Below, piece by piece: positions 51,763 to 64,000 of a stretch of 64,000 nucleotides of DNA (the stretch's first letter is position 1; every line of letters begins with the position of its first letter). Under the pieces are notes generated by a model. That model was not told where the DNA came from. It did not search any database and saw nothing but the letters and a program-made list of their open reading frames with translations. The position numbers were made by a program, and so were the translations under genes. Source of the DNA: Geosiphon pyriformis uo1 (lineage: Eukaryota; Fungi; Glomeromycota); NCBI GenBank assembly GCA_016748015.1, contig JAAOMT010000659.1:1-64000 (forward strand), read 5' to 3'.

Positions 51763-53397
51763 GTAATTAACTAAAACCATATTATAATACAGTATTATTA
51801 TTCATCAGTAATATAAGATTTCACAAAATTTAGAACCAATTATCAATACAAACACATCAAATTGATCAAACAAAATAGTATATAAAAACATAGTAAACAT
51901 GACCAAAAGCAATAATAAAAAGATAGAAATTACCAATAATATCTATTTATTTGCACAACAACTATTCCAATTGATTCAACAAACAAACTTAAAAATCACA
52001 ATTAACCAATAAATCATTCAGTACAAAGATAATAAAAAAAAACTCCAATACTAAGTACACAGAAAATTGGAAAACACTATAGACAAGATAATAGCAAAAG
52101 TAAAGTTATTAATAGAAACACCAGAAACATCAAAAAATAACCAAGGAAACTTGGAATTGGTGGTTACAACAATTTCTAAGAAACTTCTGTTATTATTACT
52201 TAAAACAAATTATAAATATTCAGAACTTGTATACTAACAAAACAAAACAACTATTCAATACAGCAATACTACAACAAATCAAATAAATTGTAGAAAAAAC
52301 CAATCTGTCTACACAAACATAAGCCATATATTGGCTATACACAGGATTTCAAGATTGACCAGCAATATTACTTAATCTAGTGATAGATACAGTTATTATT
52401 AACTAATTAAAAAAAATGACCAATGCTTAATTTGAAAAATTACAGATCAAAATAACTCAAATAATTCTTGAAAAAAAAGTTCAAGAGTTAATCAAAGATA
52501 GAGAGTTAGAAAATATAGAAAATTCCGATAAAGCTCAATATTAAAAGAAGAAAATAATAATATTTATAAAATATAAAAATTATATATTAGTACAAAGTAG
52601 TCAATTAAAATAAGATACAATAAAAGTAAAATTACAGGATTCTAGTATAAGAAATTGCAGAATTCCAAAATTCCAGAATTTTTTTCAAAAAATTACAGAA
52701 TTTCAGAAATTCTAGGATTCTTGACTAAAAAATTAAAAAATTCAAGGAATTTCATATAACAAAATTTATGTATATATAACAATAGTATTAGAAACAGAAA
52801 AAAAAATTCTTAGTTTTTTTAAAAATATTTTGTTTCAACTTTCTACCCATTTTTTCATATGATAGTATTCTATAACTTAAAATAAGACATATTAAATATC
52901 AATAAAATATTTATTATTATTATAATCTATCTTTTTTTTATCAACAACTTATGTTGATAAATATTAATACTTAACTACACTAAACTAATAACTCTTGATT
53001 ATAACTATTAATAAGATACTAATTTTTAAATTGTCTTGGCCAAATTTTTTTATGTTTTGATTTTATTTTATTTTTTATTTTTTATTTGTTGTATACTAAT
53101 TGATTAAAAATTAAGCACTGAGTTACTGACATTAAGAATTGCCTGGTAAAAAACTTCTACAAGAGAGCAAACACTTGAATTTAAGGATTACTTACTAGAA
53201 GATTGCCAGCCACCAAGCCAAGAAAAAAATTAATATAATTGCAATTCTGAAAGGCTACTAAAAACCACTATTGAATCTCTGTCTATTATACAAAGAACTC
53301 TACTAAAACCTTCAAGAATTACCAATTTGCATTAGTTATTAAGCATCAAGTTATAGATTTATTATTTGTTTTAGACTCCAAATAATCACCTGTAACA
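51763..53397 (+). mobile_element. Gypsy 3' end: integrase tail, ORF3 (51923-52544), PPT, LTR (about 52558-53397)
   Basis: QNLEPII integrase tail, TATATAAA at 51879, ORF3 homolog ending AQY*, LTR ending CCTGTAACA. Confidence 0.87.
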
Positions 53398-53795
53398 GCA
53401 TATTGAATAATATTTTTAGAACTGATTTTTTTGTTCAAAAAATGCAATTGAAGAATTAATTGAAAGTATGAGACATAAATACAATTTTTTTCAAAATTTT
53501 ATTGCAAATTAAATTTTATTAAAAGATATTAGAGAGCTGCTAAAAAATATGTATGTAACAAATATGATTATTCATGGAAAAATTACAAAAAACAGGGTCT
53601 AAAAGTCTTGAATCAGTATCTTTAATAACTATTAGACAATTTTCAAGAAAATATTGGTGTTATATAAATCTTTATAGAAAAGGTCTTAGTAGAAAATTAA
53701 TAAAATATGCTATAAAAAAGTATAAATCTTATAGAAGAATTCCGAATAATATTTTTGAAGAATTAGACAAATTAAATAATATTCAAACTTTGTAA
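53398..53795 (+). pseudogene. C-terminal remnant of an IS630-Tc1-mariner-type DDE transposase
   Basis: Decayed FxKFYCKLNFIKRY.RAAK (from PKFHCELNFIExYWGAAK) followed by LESVSLITIRQFSRK...LYRKGL...KKYKSYRRIP. Confidence 0.75.
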
Positions 53796-54106
53796 TACTG
53801 TATTTGGTTTTATATTATATAAAATTTAATAAAATTTTATTTTTTATTATAAATAATATATTAAAAACACATGTATATTAACCAATAAAATTTAATTATA
53901 TAAATAAAAACACATGAAAATCATCATTTAAAATTTCGAACTGATCTACATTTTTGATGATTATAAATAGTTTGCACCATACGTCCCTTTAATACTTCAA
54001 ATCATTAAATATGTGTCATTGTTTTATTTACACAGTAAAAATGTTGTCAAAACAACTGGTACAAATAAAAAATATCCTAAAAAAGATTCGCATTAAAATT
54101 CTATTT

Positions 54107-54770
54107 TTATGGGGTTCTGATAGTAGAATCTTCTTCGGAGGAATCATGTTGTTTGGTGGCTGACCTAGATTTCTTTAATAAAATCTGATTGAATTCATAA
54201 AGATTTACCAGTAACCCGTTCTAAAGATAAAATAACCTTAGTAATGGTGTATAGTATTAAAAGACTGATTTTTGGTTTTTCAAAATTTCTTACCCGTAAG
54301 ATTAATAAGGCATACACAAATTCTTCAACTTTATCCACAGTTTCGTTATGTAAAGAAATCTTGGCTTTTATGATAGGGAGGTAAAACTTTATATCTTTTT
54401 CTCGTAACAATCTGTATACATCAATACAGTGGTCATCTAATTATCAAAACACAATTAGACAATAGAATATTATCTACATTATTGAATGAAATATGTCTTT
54501 TTACCTGTAATATTTATACCAAATACAATGCAGAATTTATACAGCTTATCCTTTTTGGTCCTTTTTGAAATATTGGTATACCCGTCTGAGGTAAAACAAG
54601 CCAACTTATTATGATCATTATGGGTTTTTATGCCTGTCGATTTCCATTTTCCGCTTTCGACGTATGCAATTTTGTTCCACTTTTGTTTGAAAAATGCTCG
54701 AATCATTAAGTCTGGCTTGTTGCCTCTTGAACCGGATACTTGTCAATTTTTTCTTTTTTTGCTGGCATCA
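54107..54770 (-). pseudogene. 3' part of an intron-containing gene with a PD-(D/E)xK restriction-endonuclease-like domain (Crinkler-REase-like)
   Basis: ASKKR...GNKPDLMI...YVESG...K...DHNKL. Introns 54437-54504 and 54221-54293 (GT-AG, CTAA branch sites) keep the reading frame. One internal TGA; 5' end lost. Confidence 0.7.
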
Positions 54771-57700
54771 GATATCAGCAAAACATGGTACTCCAATATT
54801 CTATACCTCAGAATCAACCGCTCTTATACGCACAACAAGTTCTGTACACTCAACCACTGCCCCAGAATTATTATCAACCACTACCAATGACACAAGCAAT
54901 CTCTCACTATTAAACTTCTCCTTACAGCCCGTCCAGACCTCGAGCTATAGACTATAATTAGGGATGGAGGAATCCCAACAACAATTAGGTGCAAACCAAC
55001 AGTGGACCATCTCGACCAATTCCTCGCGGTCCTGTCCAATCTCGACCAATACCAACTGGATACCTGAATCAAGCTTCCTATCTCAGTCTTATGAAAGACC
55101 AGAGTTTTGATAAATCTACACCTGTGGAAGGGGGGGATATAAAATGAATCTCCCAACCTTCCAAGCAAACAAAAAGCAATATCCTACCAGCCACTATTAC
55201 TGAAGATACCACTCTAGCCACCATATTTCTTTTTGACATTGATAATTTGAACACCCATAGTCTTTTTAGTGGAGCAGTCATCAATCAGAATAAACCAATA
55301 ATGGCTCTATACACTGATGCTAGAGTCGGAGAAATAGACATTAAATTAATCCTGAATAGCGGATCAGCTGGTAGCATAATCACGAAGCAGCTCATAGACC
55401 AACTAGGTCGCCAAGTAGACCATGCTGCTACCACTTGGATCATTACAGCAGATGAAAACACAAAAACCCCAATAGGAGAAATTGACAACTTTTCTTTCAA
55501 GATTAATGGAATCCAAATCCCTACCAAAATACTTGTTATGGAAGCTACTCAATATCAAGCTCTAGTAGGAAACGATTGGTTGTCAAAAGCCAACGCTACT
55601 TTCGACTGGAACACCCAAGAACTTCAACTCATGTTCAACGGACAGCATGCCCAAGTTCCAGCTATGTGCGGACACTTTAAAATCTAACGTACTAAGGAAT
55701 CCTTTATTGAATTCAAAGACACATCAATACCACCAACTATCAAGACCTATCAGGTTTTATGGGCGGATGATTATCAAACTGAACTACCCCCACCACCAAC
55801 CTGAGAAGAAAAAAGAAAAGGCAGAGCCGAAAAAAAACTCCAATTGTTATCACTAGGATACGTAATCTCAGACCAAAGAAACTTATTTTACCAACTCCTA
55901 AGACTAATATGTGTCGATTGTGAAAAAAAACTATCCACTATGGGCACATGTATCAGAGACAACAAAGAATGGCCCACCACCACCAAATATTATTACAGAC
56001 CTTGTTTACTGGAAAGATTTGGACAACCAAAATAATGAAGCAAGTGGGACAACATGCCATGCCTTGCATGTGGCAAAATCCTGCCAGATGAAGGACTCTG
56101 GAATGATGTGCCTGGCAGAGGAGAAACATGCAACAAGGCTTGTCAATACACCATATTAATCAATGATTGGGTATGAAAGAGAACCTCCATTGAGGACACT
56201 TGAAAATGAGCCCTCAACAGACTGGACGGTTATTTACACGATGACCACAAAATCTGGAGAATGGCAAGTGCCAAGACTAATGGCGCCATGCCTGAAAAAA
56301 TATGAGAAATCAAGGACAACCCTTGGACACCCGAATATAATGAACCTGACTACTCCGAGCTTGAAGAAATAAAAGAAGCTTTAGCTCATGGGACTAAACT
56401 CCCCAAAACAGGGGAGTGGACACCTGACAATGCCCAGAAATAGAAAGAAAGACTTTCTCCAGCTTATTGGTTCTACAAAATTGGAAAACAGCTTGACTTG
56501 AAAACACCATATGAAGATCTCAGCCAGAAAACGTTCAACAAAGAAGCAATACAACAAGTAGAAAAATTTGTAGGAAAAAACAATCTGACCCTACATTACA
56601 AAGCAGCATACTGACTATACACCACCTTCTAACATTGCCCAAACATACTACTGAATGGATCTATGAAAACTATAATGGTTAACAACATAGGGCAAATAAC
56701 CAATCAACAGTTCAAAGACCTACAAAAGACAATACTCGAGGCAACAATCAAACATTACATGAACGAAGCCATGATAACAGATACATACAGTTTTACAGGA
56801 GCTCAATTTTAAAAAGAGAGAGATAATGTTACCCGAGTAGAAAAACTGATCCAAAATTATGAAGAAACATGACTAAAACGTGACATAACACAGAATAATG
56901 TGCAATAACGTTGGATAATGCATTATAATATAGGATAACTATTATAATGTAGGATAACACAGAATAGTGTGCAATAATGTAGAATAACATGTTATAATGC
57001 AGGATAACACAGAATAATATGTAATAATGTCAGATAACATGTTATAACATAGGATAACTAGTGATAACATAGAAAAACAAAGCAATAACAGAAACAACAA
57101 AGCAATAGTTAGTGATAATGAGACAATTAAAAGCAATTCTGTAAAACCAAAAGAATATATAAAAGCAAGTAGTTGTAGAAATGAGAAAAGACAGACAGAT
57201 AGATATGAACCTCTAGACAAAAATTAAATATTCATACCCCTTCATCCTTTATTATTTTCCCTATTTTATCTCTTAAAATAAACCAATTATTAAAAAGAAA
57301 TCAGAATCACGAATTTATGTTCTCAAACTTTGTAGAATTTACATGAATTAACCCTTGTTTTGTACCTCCATTTTAGGACAGATGCTCTTAGCATAACCGC
57401 CTTGAATCTATTAACAATTTGGACCAATCACTCTTAATCATGACAATTAACGATACTAATTTATCTTTTTTTCTTTTTTTTTTTTTTTCTGTCTTATTTT
57501 TTGTGGAGCGGCAACATAGTAAAATCGACTGTCTGGAAATAGACTTTGTGATAGCCTGGTAAAAGAGAGAAGCTTCCCCTAAGTTTTGGATATTAACATT
57601 ATCTTGTTAGCTTACCAGAAGAGTAAAAAGACAACACCAGACCCTAACGACTGCGCTTGTTAGCTCAGAAAAGAAAGCTCACATTTATGAAAAACGTTGC

Positions 57701-57887
57701 AATCAATGAAAGACAAACTCTGTGCCTTATAACTAAAAAACTCAACGGATAAATTCACATCCAGGAATAGACTTTCAGAGACTGATAATCAAGACTAAGC
57801 CAACAGAATTACACAGAAGATGCATTATCCATAATTGAGAGCACTAAATATTACCATTTCCCATACCCATCAAGTTTACCTGTAACA
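54771..57887 (+). mobile_element. Putative non-autonomous Gypsy derivative: Gag tail-protease-Cys-rich domain-ORF3 fusion, PPT, LTR
   Basis: LILNSGSAGS and LVGNDWL protease; Cys domain continues in frame into ORF3 and ends FTGAQF* at 56812. No dUTPase, RT, RH or IN. Confidence 0.85.
56827..57887 (+). repeat. 3' LTR of the non-autonomous element (distinct family)
   Basis: PPT AAAAGAGAGAGA, then TGTTACC...CCTGTAACA. ATAA(C/T) repeat array at 56881-57070. Confidence 0.88.
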
Positions 57888-60800
57888 ACACTTATATTCT
57901 ACTACAACCATCCAACTACTGCCAACTGAAACTGGTATGCATTGATTGCGGCAAGAAATTGTTATCAATAAGTGTATGCTGTGACAATAATAAGAAACAA
58001 GGAAAATGGGACAACAAATCTTGTTTCACTTGTGGAGAAACTCTATTAGATAAAGGAATATGGAACAACATTCTTGAATGAAGAAAAATCTGTGACAAAT
58101 TGTGCTAATACATGATTCTAATCAGTGACTGGATAAGAAAAAGGACTCTTATAGAAGCTGTTTGAAGAAGAGCAATAAAACATCTGGATGGTTGTTCATA
58201 TAATAATGACAAAATCTGGCAAATGGCACTTACCAAAATCAAAGAAACATTACCAAAAGAAATAAGAATGATCAAAAACAACTCACTAGAACTCATAAAA
58301 CTCAACTGGACCCAAACTCAGATATTATCCTAAAGCCTATGAACTCAGAACAATTCCATGAGCACTACCAAGAATTAGCATCCATTTGAAAAGAACAAGA
58401 GCAATGGTTGGAAAAAATAAACACATAATTATGTAACTGTTATTTGATCTCATATAACTTTCAATATTATAATAAGTGTGACTTTATTTACAATTCACCA
58501 CTACACATGATTTACACGATTCTAAAGGAAGACAAACCAATCAGCAGCTGTGCATCAAAATTAAAATCAACTTTCAATCCTAATTCAAGCTCCAACAATG
58601 ATGACAAAAACAACAATTCCAGCTTCACTTAATATGACAACAAAAATAACAATGATTTGGACTCTGATTTAAACCCCAAAATATACATTATGCTTTCTAA
58701 TCTCTCCAAAAAACAGAAATTCAAATAGTTTAGTGACAACAATAAAAGTATTATGCCAGAATGTGTGCATAATACCAATATTGGATTTGATCTGAGATAT
58801 CCAGGGAAGAATACTATTAAATTGGAACCACATTTGCATACATGCATTAATCTCAAAGTAGTATTAGAAATTTTAGCAACAACAATAGTTTAATTAGCAT
58901 CTAGAAATAACTTAGCAAAAAAAAAATCAACATTAAAGGAGGAATAATTGATACAGAATATGTAGGAAATATTATTGCAATACTACAAAATAACTCAGAA
59001 AAGGCCTATATTATAGAGCCAAACAAAAAGATAGCACAGGCAATATTCCTGTCTCTGATTAAAATAGCTTAATTAGTATTAGTAGAAAACAGAAAAGAAT
59101 TAAGGATTACAGTTAGAAGAATACAGAGTTTTGAATCTATGGGTAGAATAGATATACTAATTAATATAGCAAAGAAAAAAATTGTTAACAAGGGAGAAAT
59201 TATCTCTATCCATCAATTAATTTTTATTCCACTATATAATCAGTACATAGTAATCATAGAGAGAAAAGTAAAGAATCAGGTTTAAATTTTGAGGCAGAAG
59301 CAACACTTTGTGAATCAGGAGAGATTAGATTAGTTAATCTACACATATCAGCCAAGAGCCATAGTCACATCAAAATTCCTATTTACAACAACACGGGAAA
59401 CATTATCAAGATACTAGAAAGAACTACCATTGGATATTTAACCACCAAAATTGAGGACCAACTGCCAAACACTATTCCAAATTTTCCACAACTGTGCAAA
59501 TACATAGATATTACATCTTAAACAATATATGAATGAGAAAAATGTTATTTGTTCCAACCAAAACAATTAGAACAGATGAACTTAGAAAATTTAGACTCAT
59601 TACAATATATGCAGCTTAAGATGTTACTCAACAACTTCAATAATATTTTTACCAGCAAAAATGAATTTGGCAAAATTAACATCATCCAACATCAGATAAA
59701 AACTGGAAACACAATGCTAATTAAACAAAGAGCATACTAAGTACTACCAGCCAGTCATAAGATTATTCATCAAAAAATCAATCGAATGCTTGACAACAGA
59801 CTAATTCAGCCATCAATGAGTTCATGGTCATTACCAGTGGTATTAGTTCATAAGAAAAATAGGAAAATCCACTTTTATGTGGATTACTAAAAACTGAATG
59901 GAGTGACCAAAGGAGATAGCTATCTGACTCCAAAGATACAAGAACTGTTTGATGCTTTTGAAAGAAAAAAATAGTTTTCAACTCTAGACTTAGACAATGG
60001 TTACTGGCAAGTAGTCATAAAACTAGAAAACAAGAAGAAAATGGCTTTTACAACTCAAGAAGAAAATTTCAAATTTAAAGTAATACCATTTGGTTTGATA
60101 AATGCTCCAGCTATATTTCAATGGCTCATGGAAATTGTCTATACAGAACTGCTATAAAAATCAGTAGTTGTATATCTGGATAACACCAATGTGTTCTCAA
60201 AAACATTTAATGATTATTTACATCATCTCCAACAAGTATTTGAAAGACTAAAAAAAGCCATATTAAAGCTAAACACCACCAAATGCTTCTTCAGAAAAAC
60301 AGAGCTAAAATTCTTGGGATATATTATAAGCAAAGATAGAATCAAGATAGATTCAAACAAAATTGAGATAGTTAAGAACTTTCCAGTATCCACCAACTTG
60401 ACTAAATTACAAACATTTTTGGGATTTGCAGGTTACTACTGCCATTTTATCAAAAACTTTTTCAAAATAGCACAGCCATTACACCAGCTCCAAACAAAGA
60501 ACACCAAATATGAATGAACAGAAACTTAGCAAGAAGTTTTTAATACATTAAGAAAAAAACTTATTCAAGTTTCAGTACTGATCTATCTGGATTATAGCAA
60601 GCCATTCATAATTACAACTGATGCATTTGGTCAAGCATTAGGAGCAGTACTATCTCAAAAAAGACCAGATGAAAGAGAACACCCAGTAGTATATGCTAGC
60701 CATAACTTAAGTCCAGCTGAAAAGAACTATAGAATGCCAGTACTAAAATACTTAGCTATCTATTGGTCTGTTATCAAATAGAAAGAATACTTGAGTCAAA

Positions 60801-62436
60801 AGTTTGATGTATACACTGATCATAAAAGATTAACTTAAATCCAAAAGCAAGAATTTGGAGATAATCACCATGCCAGATGAAAAATAGAACTTTCACCATT
60901 TAATTATACAGTATATTACAAAAAAGGAAAAAAAAAATGGAAATGCTGATGGCTTATCATGAATAAGACAAATCTAAAAACATTTTAACCCAAAAATATA
61001 ACAAAAAATGAATATACAAAAATACCAACAAATCTAACATTATATAAATACCCAATTGTTCAAGAAAAAATTATTTCAAAAGGAACAAAACAACATAAAA
61101 TGGCAATTAAAATATTTTATTAATCATCAAAATATATTTTATTAGAGAAATAAAAGAAATCCAGATCAACCAACCAGAGTAATTACAGAACCAAAAAAAG
61201 GGACAATATTATTCAACATGTACTTAGATTCAACAACAGGACATTTTCACAAAGAAGCAACCATAGAAAAAATCAAAAAAAAATATTATTGGCCATCAAT
61301 GTATCCAAACATCATTCAATATGTTTAAAATTGTAATGCTTATCAGAGAAGAGGAGAAATAAAACTCAGTGAACCATTAAGACCAATCAAAGTAGAACAA
61401 TTATTCAATCACATTAGAATTGATCTAGTTAAACTATTAACAATAACCAGCAGAGACAACAGATATATTGCAGTAGCCATGGACTATCTTATAAAATAGC
61501 CAGAAACAAAAGCCATTTAAAGAGCAGATACAAAATTCATTGCCAAATTCATTTATTAAAATTTGATCTGTTAACATAAATGTCCAAAAAAACTATTATC
61601 AGATCAAAAAACTCATTTTGTAAATAGAACATTAGCAGAATTAAGTCAAAGATTTGAAATAAAAAAACCATTATTGTTACTATATCATTTACAAACAAAT
61701 AGGTTAGTTGAAAAGTTTAACAAAACATTGTGTAACACAATAGCCAAAATCAGCCAAAAAAACCAAGACAAATAAGATTTATTTATATTATTAGTATTAT
61801 TTACTTACCAGAAAATAAAGCAAAACACTATATAAGCAACACTATTTGAATTAGTATACAGTAGAACAACAACATTATCAGTTAAAATAGAAGTCAGAAC
61901 ATATCTAACAGAACCAATAACAAAAGAAAATTTTCAAAGAACATTGTTAAGAAAAACATATGACTTAATAGAGACACTGGAAAACAAATGACAAAAAGCA
62001 GCTAATAATATCCAAAAGTCACAAAAAAAAAGACACGATAACCAACTACCAGATAAATCAGTTGAATTCAGGATTGGAGACAAAGTACTTTTACATTATA
62101 CCAAAGCAAAAAAACAATGGAGTGGAAAATTTGACCCCAAATAGGATGGACTATTTTACATAGAAGAAATTCTAGGAAATAGAGCTTATAAATTAAGGTT
62201 GAAGAATAAAATCTTAACCAAAGCAGCACATAGTGATTGACTGAAATCATATCACTATATAGTGTTATTATCTATCAGTAATATTCTACAATTAGGAGTA
62301 CAGAGAATACTAGTCCAACCAGATAAGATTTCATGAAATCTGGAACTAATCATAATAATTGAACCAAATATGTTAAATTGAACAACCAAAAGAGTATATA
62401 AAAACATGGTATACATAACAAAAACAACAAAGAAAA

Positions 62437-63073
62437 ATGAAAATACCAGATTATATTCACACTTTAGCTCAAAAATTGTTTCAGGTTTTAAGTTAGCAGC
62501 AAGTAAACATAGAAATTATCATCAACAACCAAACAATCTGTTATTAAAACACCAAACAAAAAGAGAAAAGTACACTATACTAGCAACCACAGAAACAATC
62601 AATAAACTGGTTGGATAAAATAGTAGAGAAAGTAAAGAACACTTTTGGAAAGATAACCAGCATAGTTCCAACAAAAGAACTGGTAAAAAAAAATTAGAAT
62701 AAATGGTTAGACCAACTTTTAATACCATACTGTTACTATTAATTGGGACAAAAAGTAAATATTCAGAAGTTATATCTCAACAAATCCAAGAGAATCTTCA
62801 ATCAAGAGATAATCCAGAACATTGAAAACATTATTGAAAAGAAAACAAACTTGAAATTACATATTAGAATCATTTATTGACTATACACTATATTTCAAAA
62901 CTACCCAGAAGTATTGTTATACTTTGACATAGAAATAATAACCATCAACCAATGAGAAAAAATAAACAACTCACAAATTGAAGAAATAAAAAGTAGAGTG
63001 GAACAGACACTACTTGAAAAAAAAAGTATTCAACATAATTCAAAATGAGAATTTTGACAGAGCTCAATATTAA
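62437..63073 (+). pseudogene. G4 ORF3
   Basis: MKIPDYI...LYTIFQNYPEVLL...FDRAQY*. TATATAAA at 62395. Confidence 0.75.
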
Positions 63074-63086
63074 AAGGAGAAGATAA

Positions 63087-63902
63087 TATTATTTATAAAA
63101 AGAAAAACATATATAGAAAATAGTAAACCAATAGGAGAGTAGTAGTTAGCATGTGAGCATATTGCTTAGCAATATGAAGCAATGTTAGAAAAGTAGGACA
63201 TATTGCTTAGCAATGTGAGCATTGCTCAAAAAATTATAGCATATTGCTTGAGAATGTGAGTGATCTCATAGAACATCAATTATATATATATAGCAATAGT
63301 ATTAGAAGCAAAAAAGACAAACTTCTCAGTTTAGATTTAATTTAAGCAATCTTCTATATCACAAATATTAATAAATCATTATTTGCATCTCAATCTACTC
63401 TCCATTATTAACACTTTATGTTAATAGTAATTGATACTTAACCATGCTAAAACAATAACTCTTAATTACAGCTATTGACAAGATACTAACATTTATTGCC
63501 TTGGCTTATTTCTTTAATTTTCTTTTAATTTTCTTTTATTTTATTTTTGCTTTGTTATTTCTTGTTGTTGACTAATTGATTAAAAAATAAAAACATTGAG
63601 TTATTAACATTACAGATAGCCTGGTAAAAAACCCAGAAATAAAAATAGAATTATATATATTAACAGATAGCTTACCAAAAGAACATGACTGTCAGAAATA
63701 ACCAGTTACCAAGCTGAAAACAGAAATTGGGAAACTCTACACAAAAGAATTGCACACCATTAAATCTCTGTTTATTATACAAAGAACTTAACCAAAACCT
63801 TCAGATCATGAAAACTTTTAGAAACCAATATTATTATATTAACTAAACACCAAGCTATGGATTTGTTATTTGCTTTGAAACTCCAAATAATCATTTCTAA
63901 CA
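63087..63902 (+). repeat. G4 3' LTR
   Basis: Decayed TGTTAC start after the PPT, ends CTAACA. Homologous to the G3 LTR. Confidence 0.9.
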
Positions 63903-64000
63903 TTGGATACTTAATAGTAAGGAAAGAGAAATTAGCAAAAAAAAAAAGATTAAGATAAAGTTGTTATTTTATTTCTTTTATTTCTTTGATTCTTATATAC

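Larger units (their letters stand above)
57888..63902 (+). mobile_element. Gypsy G4 (family 3), 5'-truncated
   Basis: Cys-rich domain, dUTPase at about 58725-59145, RT, RNase H stop at 60977, integrase 61008-62381, ORF3 62437-63073, PPT, LTR. Colinear with G3. Confidence 0.92.

Noticed and set aside
53965-53995. Terminal inverted repeat of the DNA transposon (CATACGTCCCTTTA)
   Set aside because: No partner end exists in the window, so it cannot be supported.

Overview
This is eukaryotic, almost entirely transposon-derived DNA with no intact host gene. Element style, short GT-AG introns and strong C:G->T:A decay suggest a Glomeromycotina-type fungus (inference). The window is a nested stack. 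(1) An ancient minus-strand Ty3/Gypsy element has decayed to an AT desert and is split into three pieces (4761-6212, 13026-13116, 29943-32743). (2) Three RNase H-bearing LINEs sit inside it. (3) A complete 9.9-kb Gypsy (16482-26378, 983-bp LTRs, GCAC TSD) sits inside one LINE. (4) A run of truncated or rearranged Gypsy copies spans 32744-63902, with a solo LTR, an ITm transposase remnant and an intron-containing PD-(D/E)xK-like gene fragment. The most interesting signal is a recurring retrovirus-like, multi-cistronic Gypsy architecture: N-terminal extension - Gag - protease - unknown Cys-rich domain - dUTPase - RT - RNase H - STOP - separate integrase ORF - unknown ORF3 (with its own TATA box in three copies) ending at the PPT. 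Each LTR family also carries its own short-repeat array. A derivative element fuses the Cys-rich domain in frame to ORF3 and lacks RT and integrase.
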